Shown here in pieces: positions 19,536 to 28,993 of a DNA stretch of 64,000 nucleotides (its first letter is position 1; each line of letters starts with the position of its first letter). A program made the position numbers and the translations under genes. The notes below the pieces were generated by a model, which ran no database searches, was not told the origin of the DNA, and saw only the letters and a list, made by a program, of their open reading frames with translations. Where the stretch lies: NCBI GenBank assembly GCA_964447205.1, contig CAYUSB010000023.1:21614-85613 (forward strand). The letters run 5' to 3'. Origin of the DNA: an uncultured Myxococcaceae bacterium. GTDB lineage: Bacteria > Myxococcota_A > Polyangia > Polyangiales > Ga0077539.

Positions 19536-20624
19536 ATGTACGCCCGACCTCGCTCCCCCCTCGTCTTCCTCGCCCTCGGCCTCGTCGCGTCGTGCCAGAC
19601 CGGGGGCCGCGGTCGGGCCCTGGCCCCTTCGGTCGGCCCCATGCCCCGGGTGGCCCCTCTCGGAGAGCCCCTGGAGGCTCGGCCCCTTCCCGACGGAGCC
19701 CGGGCCGCCGTGCCCCTCGCGGGCGGAGGGTGGGCCCGGTGGGAGGCCGACGGCCGGGTGCGGATCCACGACCCCGAAGACGGTCCGGGCGAGTCGCGCC
19801 CGATGCCCGAGGGGGCGGGGTGTTCGCTCCTGGCCTGGGGGACCCGCTGCATCCTGCGGTGCGACCGCGACCCCGGGGCTGGGGGCGGAGACATCTTCCC
19901 CGAGGCCACCCCCCGCCTCGGGGCCCTGCGGGCGACCCCCGAGGGCTTCTTCCCCGGCCGCGAAGGGCGCACCCTCACCCGCGTGGGCCCCTGCCGCCCG
20001 CGCCCCGTCGACCTCGGCCCCAGCATGGACGTGGTGGCCTGCACCCTCAGCCCCGACCGCCCCTGGCGCGAGTGGACCGCCCCCGGAGAGGGCCGGGTGG
20101 TGGACGTGTACGACGGCTTCGCTGCGGTGGCTCTGCGCACCCGGATGACCGTCCCGGGCAGAGCCCGGGCGGTGTCGTGGGACGTCCGGGTGTACGACAT
20201 CGACCACGGGCGCTTCTTGCCCACCGTGCTCGGCGAGCCCACGGCCCGCTGGATCCGGGTGGGGTTCGCCCTCGACGGGCGCCTCGTGGGGGTGGTCCAC
20301 ACCGGGACCCCCCAACGGCCCCAGGGGTGGTTCGTGGCGGGGACCCCGGGGGGGACCCTGCGCATGATCCCGCTGCCCGTGGCGGCCGACGACGTGGGGG
20401 TCCTCGACGACGAGCGGGCCGTCTTCACCGCGGGGGCCGCGGCCGTGGTCACCGCCGACGGGGCCCTGTTTCGCCCCGTGTCGGGCCTCGGGGAGGCCGC
20501 CCCTCCCCATCGAGGCACCGAGGACGGCCCGGGGCGGGCCGGGGAGCGGGTGCGCTGCGCGGGCGACGTGTGCGTCCTTGATGGGCGATTCACCCTGCGG
20601 ATCCCGCGTCCCGGAGAGGGCTGA
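19536..20624 (+). CDS. Hypothetical lipoprotein
   Basis: Lipobox LVASC after a hydrophobic stretch; Cys-containing beta-rich body; no family recognised. Confidence 0.55.
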   Translation: MYARPRSPLVFLALGLVASCQTGGRGRALAPSVGPMPRVAPLGEPLEARPLPDGARAAVPLAGGGWARWEADGRVRIHDPEDGPGESRPMPEGAGCSLLAWGTRCILRCDRDPGAGGGDIFPEATPRLGALRATPEGFFPGREGRTLTRVGPCRPRPVDLGPSMDVVACTLSPDRPWREWTAPGEGRVVDVYDGFAAVALRTRMTVPGRARAVSWDVRVYDIDHGRFLPTVLGEPTARWIRVGFALDGRLVGVVHTGTPQRPQGWFVAGTPGGTLRMIPLPVAADDVGVLDDERAVFTAGAAAVVTADGALFRPVSGLGEAAPPHRGTEDGPGRAGERVRCAGDVCVLDGRFTLRIPRPGEG

Positions 20625-20713
20625 GGCCGGGTGGACGCGGGGCAGACGGGAGAATCGTGCCAGGACGCACGGCAATCTAGGCGGGGCCCTGCGTTTCCGG
20701 TAACGTCGCCGCC

Positions 20714-22408
20714 GTGAAGTCGGTGCCCTGTCCATTCTGTGGAGCCGCGCACACCGCTGGGAGCTTCGTGTGTCCGGTGACCAATCGCCGGCTCCAGGGC
20801 CTCCTGCCGGTGGGCACGGTCATCGATGGAAAGTACCGCATCGAGGGCATCATCGGTGTGGGCGGCATGGGCGTGGTGTACCGCGCCGAGCACTTCATGA
20901 TCTCCCGGCTGGTGGCGCTCAAGATGCTCCTGCCGGAGTACATCGTGTACCCCGACCTGGTCGCCCGCGTGCAACGCGAGGCCCGCACCGCCGGCCAGAT
21001 CGACCACCCCAACGTGGTCTCGATCGTCGACCTCGGGAGCACGACCGAGTACGGCCCCTACATCGCCATGGAGCTCCTGCGCGGGCAGGAGCTGGCCACC
21101 GTGGTCGAGCGGGCTGGGGGGCGCCTCGACCCGGCCGAGGCCGTCCAGAATATGCGCGAGGTCCTCGCGGGCCTGGAGGCCGCCCACAAGCGCGGGGTCA
21201 TCCACCGCGACCTCAAGCCCGAAAACATCTTCCTCGCCGAGGACGACAACGGCGGCAAACGCGTCAAGGTCCTCGACTTCGGCATCTCCAAGCTGCGCGA
21301 CGACAGCGAGCTCAACTCGCTCACCCGCACCGGGACCGTGATGGGGACGCCCCAGTTTATGGCCCCCGAGCAGGCCGCCGGGGCCCGCGACCAGGATGCC
21401 CGGATCGACCTCTACGCCGCCGGGGCCGTGCTCTACGCCGTGCTCTGCAACGGCCTGCCGTACGAGGCCGAAAACTACAACCTCCTCATCTCCGAGATCC
21501 TCAACAAGGCCCCGGTGCCCATCACCCGGCGCAACCCCGACCTCGACCCGCGGCTGTCGCAGATCGTGATGAAGTCCATCGCGAAGAAGCCCGACCAGCG
21601 CTTCCAGAGCGCCCGCGAGATGGCCGACGCCCTCAACGACTGGCTCGAGATCCGGTCGGTCCCGTACACCCCGACCCCGCAGCTCCTCACCCACATCCCC
21701 GACGGGCTGCACCCCGACGACCCGGAGTACCTCGACCGCTCCGAGGCCACCCAACTCGTCCCCATCCCGTACCGCGGCGACGAGCAGCCCGAGGAGATCT
21801 TCGACACCGTCGAGGCCCCCGACGACCCCCACACCCCGCGCAGCTCGCTCAACCCCGTGGTGCTCTCCAGCCGCGGGGCGGGCCTGCCCGAGGCCCCCCG
21901 GGTCCGGTCGTCGAGCCCCTCGGTCGAGTCGCTCCTGCGGGAGTCCCCCCTCGACGCCCCGCCCCTGGTGGTCGAGGTCGAGCCCAAGACCCGCCCCACG
22001 GAGTCGGCCTGGGAGCGCCTCCGCACCGACCGCCCCTCCCACGACTTGATGGAGGGCGACGACGAGCCCGTCCGCCCCCGGGGCCGGGCCTGGCTCCTGG
22101 CCACCCTCCTCGTGCTCCTGTCGGCCGGGGCCGGGGCGGCCCTGATTTATGTCAAGCGGCCTGACATCGTGCACAGGCTCCGCACCCTCGGGCGCCCCGA
22201 GCCCCTGCCTCCGCCCATCCCTCCCATCGTCACCGTCGGGGGCTCTCCTCCGTCCATCGCCCGGGCCACCGAGCGGGCCCACGGGGTCCCGGCTCCCATC
22301 AGCGACGGGGGGGCCGACGGGGGGGCTCCTGCGGTCGACGCGGTGGCCCCCGCGGCCCCGGCCGGTCTTGTGACCCGTCACCGGCACGTGTCCCGCGGGC
22401 ATCGCTGA
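20714..22408 (+). CDS. Serine/threonine protein kinase (Hanks type) with N-terminal Cys cluster and C-terminal TM helix
   Basis: CPFC..C zinc ribbon, IGVGGMGVVY, VALKML, HRDLKPEN, DFG, GTPQFMAPE, D.YAAG; TM WLLATLLVLLSAGAGAALIYV. Confidence 0.95.
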   Translation: MKSVPCPFCGAAHTAGSFVCPVTNRRLQGLLPVGTVIDGKYRIEGIIGVGGMGVVYRAEHFMISRLVALKMLLPEYIVYPDLVARVQREARTAGQIDHPNVVSIVDLGSTTEYGPYIAMELLRGQELATVVERAGGRLDPAEAVQNMREVLAGLEAAHKRGVIHRDLKPENIFLAEDDNGGKRVKVLDFGISKLRDDSELNSLTRTGTVMGTPQFMAPEQAAGARDQDARIDLYAAGAVLYAVLCNGLPYEAENYNLLISEILNKAPVPITRRNPDLDPRLSQIVMKSIAKKPDQRFQSAREMADALNDWLEIRSVPYTPTPQLLTHIPDGLHPDDPEYLDRSEATQLVPIPYRGDEQPEEIFDTVEAPDDPHTPRSSLNPVVLSSRGAGLPEAPRVRSSSPSVESLLRESPLDAPPLVVEVEPKTRPTESAWERLRTDRPSHDLMEGDDEPVRPRGRAWLLATLLVLLSAGAGAALIYVKRPDIVHRLRTLGRPEPLPPPIPPIVTVGGSPPSIARATERAHGVPAPISDGGADGGAPAVDAVAPAAPAGLVTRHRHVSRGHR

Positions 22409-22439
22409 GCCCCTCCTTCGCCCCGCTCCTGAGGCGCCA

Positions 22440-25400
22440 ATGCCCGAGTACGGCCCGACGCGGTTCTCCCCGCACGAGATTGACCGGGAGGGGGCGACGC
22501 GGGCCCTCGATCAGGCCCACGACCTCGGGGTCGACCTCGACCTGCCCGGGGTGGCCGACCTCGTGGCCCTCCTCGGGGCCGCGGCCCAGGGGGTGTTGCC
22601 TGCCCTGTGGCGGGTCCCGCACCTGGTGGGCCTCATGGCCCGGGAGCGTGTTCAGCACGGGGTGGTGGCCCCCGCGTGGTTGCCTCCCCCCGCCGACCCC
22701 CCGGAGCCCGGGAGCCCCCCGCCCGACCCCGGGGCGGTCAAGCGGGCCCTGCGCCAGATGCGCGACGAGGCCCTCGTGCGTACGGCCCTGCGCGAGCTCG
22801 ACGCCGCCGTCGATGTCGACGGGACGGCCCGGGAGTGGTCGCTGGTCGCCGCGGGCACCACGGGGCACGCCCTGGCCGCGGCCTCGGCCCTCGTCGAGGC
22901 CCGCAACGGACCGCCCCTCGACGTCCGGGGAGACCGCTGCGGCCTGACCGTGCTCGGGATGGGCAAGCTCGGAGGCGAGGAGCTCAACCTCGGCTCGGAC
23001 ATCGACATCTGCCTCTTCTATGCGACCGACGACGGGGCCGCCGGGACCCGCAGCCTCAACCAGCATTTCGGCCGGGTGGGCACGACCCTCGCCGACCTCC
23101 TCGGGGACGTGACGGCGGATGGGTTCGCCTTTCGGGTCGACCTGCGCCTGCGCCCGGAGGGGTCGCGGGGCCCGGTGGCCAACGCCCTGGCCAGCGCCGA
23201 GCGGTACTACGAGACCTGGGGCCGGACCTGGGAGCGGGCTGCCCTCCTCCGGGCACGTCCCGTGGCGGGCGACCTCGGGCTCGGGCGCACCCTGCTCGAG
23301 GCCCTGCGGCCGTTTGTGTTTCGTCGGGCGGTCGACCCGGCCGTGGCGGGCGAGCTCGTGGCCATGCTCGAACGGGCCCGGCGCGAGCAGCTCCGCGACC
23401 CCGAGCGCGACCTGAAGCTCGGCCGCGGGGGGATTCGGGAGGTGGAGTTCTTCGTGCAGGGGCTACAACTGGTCTGGGGCGGGCGTCACCCGGCCCTCCA
23501 GGTCGCCGGAACCCTCTCGGCCCTGGCCCGCCTGCACTCCCTGGGGCTCCTGTCGTACCGCGAGCTGCGCGACCTCGACGAGGCCTGGGGCCTTCTGCGC
23601 CGGGTCGAGCACCGCATCCAGGCGATGCAGCCCTTCGCGACCCACACCCTGCCGACCGACGCCCTGCGCCTCGGGGTGTTGGCCCGCTCGCTGGGATACG
23701 TCGACCCCGGGGCCCTCCTCGCGGCCCTCGACGAGGCCCGAACCCGGGTGCGAACCCTGTGGGAGACCCTCGCGCCCGGAGGCGGACCCGCGGGCGAAGG
23801 GCGGGCTCCCGCGGGGGAGGGGGTCACCCCGGAGAGTACGTCGGTCTTCGTGCACCTGGCCGAGGCCGTGTCGAGCGGGGCCGACCCGGCCACGGTGGCC
23901 CAGGCCGCGGTGGAGGCCCTCGGGGTGCGCGACGGCGACGTAGCTGCGGGCGACCTCGGGCGCCTGGCCCGGCGGGCCGATCAACCCCTGTCGCCGACGG
24001 CCTTCGCGGCGGCCCCGACGGTGGCCGAGCGCCTCCTGGCCGAGGTGCGCGACGCCCCCGATCCCGACATGGCCCTCGGGCACCTCGCCGACCTGTTCGA
24101 GCGCCTGCGTCCGGCCCAGGTGTACGCCGCCCGGATGGTGGCCCAACCCTCCCTGGCCCGCGGCCTCGTCGGGCTCATCGGGGCGAGCGAACACCTGGCC
24201 CGCACGATCCTCGCCCGCCCCGAGCTCCTCGACACGGTGGTGGCCGGCGGGGGGGCCCCCGACCTCGATGAGCTCGAGCCCTGGGTCGATGCCGCGGTGG
24301 CCCTCGCGGTCCGCAAGGCTCCGGGCGACATCGAGGAGGCCGTGGGGGCCCTGCGTCGGGTGATGCGCGAGGCGAGCTTCGCCATCGGCGTGGCCGACCT
24401 GGCCGGGATCCTCGACCCCGAGGAGGTCACGGCCCGGCTGTCTCTGCTGGCGGCCTGCGTGGTTCGGCAGTGTTTCTCCCTGGCGGCGGCGGAGTGCGCG
24501 GGGCGCTACGGCGACCCGGGGGAGGGGGGAGCCACGGCGGGCATGGCCGTGGTGGCCCTCGGATCGCTCGCGGCCGACGAGCTCGGGCACGGGGGCGACC
24601 TCGACCTGTTGTTTGTCTACGCCCGGGAGGGCACGACCCGCGGGGGCCGCCGCGGCGAGGTCACCGTCGGCGAGTACGCCGTACGGGTGGCCCAACGCAC
24701 CCTGTCGCTCTTGTCGGCTCCCCACGCCGAGGGGCCCGGGTACGCCACCGACACGCGACTACGGCCTTCGGGCTCCCAGGGGACCCTGGTGAGCTCGTGC
24801 GAGGCCTTCGAGCGGTACCACGCCGTCGAGGGGGCCTCGTGGGAGCGTCAGGCCCTGTTGCGGGCCCGGGTCATCGCGGGCGACGCGGCCTTTGGAGAGA
24901 AATTTCAGTCCATCCTCGACGGCCTGGCCTACGGGCGGGGGGGCCCCGACCTCGACGAGCTCCGTCGGCTGCGGGCCCGGATGGAGCTCGAGCTCGGGCG
25001 CGAGGACCGGGGCCAGGTGGCCCTGAAGTACGGGCGGGGGGCCCTGGTGGACGTGGAGTTCGCCGTGCAGGCGCTGCAGATGACCTACGGGGCCGACCCG
25101 CGGGTGCGGGGGGCCAACACCCACGCGGCCCTGGTGTCCCTGCGCGACGCGGGGTACCTCCCCGACGAGCTCGCGGCGACCCTCCTCCTCGGCGAACGAA
25201 CCCTCCGGGCGACCCTCCTGGCGGCGCGTCTGACCACCCTGCGGGGGACCCTGGTCCCGTCGGCCCCGACGGCGGTGACGGTGGCCCGGCGGATGGGGTA
25301 CCGCGACCGGGGCGAACGTACGGCCCTGGAGGGCCTCCTGGCCGATCTGGCCCGCACCCGCGATGCGGTACGGCGGGCCTGGCGCGACACCCTCACCCTC

Positions 25401-25445
25401 CTGGCGGCCCGGCGAGCTCCGGAGACAGGGCCAGGGTCTCCCTGA
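22440..25445 (+). CDS. glnE: Bifunctional glutamine synthetase adenylyltransferase/adenylyl-removing enzyme
   Basis: Two nucleotidyltransferase halves: GMGKLGGEELNLGSDID..RVDLRLRPEG..WERAAL..KLGRGGIREVEF, and ALGSLAADELGHGGDLDL..DTRLRPSG..WERQAL..KYGRGALVDVEF. Confidence 0.93.
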   Translation: MPEYGPTRFSPHEIDREGATRALDQAHDLGVDLDLPGVADLVALLGAAAQGVLPALWRVPHLVGLMARERVQHGVVAPAWLPPPADPPEPGSPPPDPGAVKRALRQMRDEALVRTALRELDAAVDVDGTAREWSLVAAGTTGHALAAASALVEARNGPPLDVRGDRCGLTVLGMGKLGGEELNLGSDIDICLFYATDDGAAGTRSLNQHFGRVGTTLADLLGDVTADGFAFRVDLRLRPEGSRGPVANALASAERYYETWGRTWERAALLRARPVAGDLGLGRTLLEALRPFVFRRAVDPAVAGELVAMLERARREQLRDPERDLKLGRGGIREVEFFVQGLQLVWGGRHPALQVAGTLSALARLHSLGLLSYRELRDLDEAWGLLRRVEHRIQAMQPFATHTLPTDALRLGVLARSLGYVDPGALLAALDEARTRVRTLWETLAPGGGPAGEGRAPAGEGVTPESTSVFVHLAEAVSSGADPATVAQAAVEALGVRDGDVAAGDLGRLARRADQPLSPTAFAAAPTVAERLLAEVRDAPDPDMALGHLADLFERLRPAQVYAARMVAQPSLARGLVGLIGASEHLARTILARPELLDTVVAGGGAPDLDELEPWVDAAVALAVRKAPGDIEEAVGALRRVMREASFAIGVADLAGILDPEEVTARLSLLAACVVRQCFSLAAAECAGRYGDPGEGGATAGMAVVALGSLAADELGHGGDLDLLFVYAREGTTRGGRRGEVTVGEYAVRVAQRTLSLLSAPHAEGPGYATDTRLRPSGSQGTLVSSCEAFERYHAVEGASWERQALLRARVIAGDAAFGEKFQSILDGLAYGRGGPDLDELRRLRARMELELGREDRGQVALKYGRGALVDVEFAVQALQMTYGADPRVRGANTHAALVSLRDAGYLPDELAATLLLGERTLRATLLAARLTTLRGTLVPSAPTAVTVARRMGYRDRGERTALEGLLADLARTRDAVRRAWRDTLTLLAARRAPETGPGSP

Positions 25446-25899
25446 GGTCGCGGGCGATCCCGGGGGTGTCGGCCTCGTCGTGGAGGGAGAGACGCCGCGA
25501 GGTCCCGTCGTCGAGGGTGAGGACGAGGTCTTCGCTCGGGTCGCGGCTCCAGCCGCCCTGGACCGGGGCGCTGGCCACCGCACGAACCCGCTCTCGGGGG
25601 AAGCGCTCGGCGACCCCCGGGTCGCGCCACAGGACGACCTCGGCGGCGGAGACCTCGACCCGGTAGACGGTGCGGGACCGCAGGGCGGCGGCGATCATGG
25701 CCGCGCTCACGAGGGCTCCGAGGAGCCACAGCCCCCAAGGGCCCGCGCCGACGGAGGGGGCCCCGCCGAGGCCCCAGCGGACGAATTGGCTCAGGGCTAC
25801 GAGGCTGAGGCCCGTCCCGAGGGCCACGCCCACGCGCTGCCCGAGCCCCACATGAGAGCCCTCGAACAACACCACGGGCGCACAGTCAGGGAGATCCAT
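25393..25899 (-). CDS. Hypothetical membrane protein (two TM plus PH-like soluble part)
   Basis: From ATG 25899 (MDLPDCAPVV...), two hydrophobic helices; TACACT -10-like element 16 nt upstream; 3' end overlaps the glnE end by 53 nt. Confidence 0.55.
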   Translation of the reverse strand: MDLPDCAPVVLFEGSHVGLGQRVGVALGTGLSLVALSQFVRWGLGGAPSVGAGPWGLWLLGALVSAAMIAAALRSRTVYRVEVSAAEVVLWRDPGVAERFPRERVRAVASAPVQGGWSRDPSEDLVLTLDDGTSRRLSLHDEADTPGIARDLRETLALSPELAGPPGG

Positions 25900-25969
25900 C
25901 GGGCGAGTGGGACAGAGTGTACCGCACGACGGCTGACGAGAGGGCCCCGGCTGTGGTAGTGCCCGCATC

Positions 25970-26890
25970 ATGGTCGACAAACTCGAACGCATCTGGCTCG
26001 ACGGCGAACTCGTTCGTTGGGACGACGCCCAGGTCTCCGTGCTCACCCACACCCTGCACTACGGTACGGGCGCGTTTGAGGGCATCCGTTGTTACCACCG
26101 CGCCTCCGGGGAGAGCGCGATCTTCCGATTGAAAGAGCACATCGTCCGGCTCTTTGACTCCTGCAAGATCCTCCAGGTGAAGCCTGCGTTGTCGCTCGAG
26201 GCGGTGATGCAGGGGTGCATCGAGCTGGTGCGGGCCAACAAGCTGGAGAGCTGCTACCTCCGCCCCTTGGTGTACCTGGGCGACGAGACCCTGGGGTTGT
26301 ACGCGCCGAACAACTCCGTCCATCTGAGCATCATCGCGTGGCGTTGGGGGGCCTATCTGGGCGATGAGGCCTTGCGTTCGGGCATTCGGGCGAAGGTGAG
26401 CTCGTACACCCGGGGGCACATCAACGCCACGATGGCCAAGGGCAAGATTTCGGGCCACTACGTCAACAGCATCCTGGCCAAACGTGAGGCCAAGGCCGCG
26501 GGGTACGACGAGGCCCTGATGCTCGACGCCCAGGGGTACGTGGCCGAGGCCTCGGGGGAGAATCTGTTTATGGTGAAGGGGGGGGTGATCCGTACCCCCG
26601 AGCTGGCGGGGCCGGTCCTGGCGGGGATCACCCGCGACACCATCATCACCCTGGCCCGCGAGCAGGGGCTGACCGTGGTGGAGGGGCGCATCGCCCGCGA
26701 CGAGTTGTGGCTGGCCGACGAGGTCTTCCTCACGGGCACCGCGGCCGAGCTCACCCCCGTCCGCGAGGTCGACGACCGGGTCGTCGGGCCGGGGACCGTG
26801 GGGCCCATCACGGCGGGCCTTCAGCGGCGCTTCTTCGACGTGGTCAAGGGCGACACCCCCGACCATGCCGCGTGGCGGGCCGTGGTCTGA
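25970..26890 (+). CDS. ilvE: Branched-chain amino acid aminotransferase (class IV PLP)
   Basis: IWLDGELV.W, LHYGTGAFEGIR, YLRP, AKGKISGHYVNS, GYDEALMLD, EASGEN, LAGITR, GTAAE. Confidence 0.96.
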   Translation: MVDKLERIWLDGELVRWDDAQVSVLTHTLHYGTGAFEGIRCYHRASGESAIFRLKEHIVRLFDSCKILQVKPALSLEAVMQGCIELVRANKLESCYLRPLVYLGDETLGLYAPNNSVHLSIIAWRWGAYLGDEALRSGIRAKVSSYTRGHINATMAKGKISGHYVNSILAKREAKAAGYDEALMLDAQGYVAEASGENLFMVKGGVIRTPELAGPVLAGITRDTIITLAREQGLTVVEGRIARDELWLADEVFLTGTAAELTPVREVDDRVVGPGTVGPITAGLQRRFFDVVKGDTPDHAAWRAVV

Positions 26891-26913
26891 CAGGGGCTCT
26901 GCGTGCTGTTCAT

Positions 26914-26935
26914 ACCCCCGTGTGCCAACGGGGGT
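26914..26935. terminator. 8-bp hairpin after ilvE (terminator or upstream activator site)
   Basis: ACCCCCGT (26914-21) and ACGGGGGT (26928-35), 6-nt loop, followed by TTCA; only a weak U tract. Confidence 0.35.
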
Positions 26936-27015
26936 TCACGCGGGCCGGGGCGGGACCCAAGGGGGAGGGGCCTTCCGGGCACGTAGTTTCGTGCGAGTGG
27001 CGCGCGGACGTGTCT

Positions 27016-27032
27016 CTGGCCTCGCAGTTGCT
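27016..27032 (+). promoter_or_regulatory. Sigma-54 (-24/-12) promoter of the downstream OMP gene
   Basis: CTGGCCTCGCAGTTGCT: GG at 27018-19 and GC at 27030-31 with exact 10-nt spacing; close to consensus YTGGCACG-N4-TTGCW; about 40 nt upstream of ATG 27072. Confidence 0.6.
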
Positions 27033-27071
27033 ACACTGGTCCGCGACGCTCTCCGACAGGAGTCGAGACCC

Positions 27072-27943
27072 ATGAAGAATGTTGCCCTGGCCTCCCTCAT
27101 CGCCTCCGCTGTCGCCCTCGCCGCTGTCCCCGCGCAGGCGCAAAACTGTCCGCCCGGCTCGTGGCTCTGCGCCAACCTCCAGATCGGGGGCGGGGTCTCG
27201 GTCAATCCCCCGCCGCCTCCTCCTCCGATGCAGACCGGGGTGGTGGTGGTCCAGGCCGAGGTGACCCCGCCGGTGTATGTGCCGCCTCCGCAGCCGGTGT
27301 ACATCCCGCCCCCGCCGCCGCCTCAGCAGTTCGTGGTGGTGACCCAGCCCGAGGTCACCTACACCACCACCACGACCACCTACCAGTACGCGGGGTACAA
27401 CGGTCGGCAGATGGTGGGCCTCGGGGCCTGGGCCGGGGGTCTCGGCTTCGGCGGCCGTCACGCCGACCGCGCCAGCGGGATGGGCGGGGTGGGGGCCAAC
27501 CTGCGGTTCCGGTACGCCCCGCATTTCGCCACTGAGTTGTCGCTCGGGGTGATGGGCGGGACGGACTACAACGGCGACAGCCGGGCGGAGTTTCCGGTGA
27601 CCGTCAACCAGCTCTTCTACCTCAACCCCCAGAATCGTCTGCAGGTGTACGGCTTGCTGGGGCTGGGCGGGTCGTGGGCCGGGGTCGGGTACAACGACAG
27701 CAACATCGGCAGCCGCGGCGGCCGTGACAGCGCCGGGTACGCCTACTTCGGGGCCCAGGCCGGCATCGGGTTGGAGTGGCAGCTCACCCGGCACCTGTCC
27801 CTCTTCGGCGACGCCCGCACCTTCATCCGCACCCGGGTCGACGCCGAGGCCTCGAGCAACCCGGAGTTCATGCGGGTTCAGGGCGGGGTTCGGGAGACCA
27901 CCAACACCTCGGTGGGCGTGTTGGGCACGGCCGGGGTGATGTT

Positions 27944-27953
<10 letters not shown>
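27072..27953 (+). CDS. Outer-membrane beta-barrel protein (OmpA-TM-like) with Pro-rich N-terminal linker
   Basis: Signal peptide MKNVALASLIAS..AQA, poly-Pro and poly-Thr linker, alternating amphipathic strands, C-terminal MFYF; AGGAG SD. Confidence 0.8.
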
Positions 27954-28969
<1,016 letters not shown>

Positions 28970-28993
28970 GGCTCCTTCAGAGTGTACCGAAAT

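Noticed and set aside
22440-25445. Inactive second GlnE domain (GSL..GGDLD instead of GKL..GSDLD)
   Set aside because: The metal-binding D-x-D and downstream motifs are retained; the substitutions are within plausible family variation.
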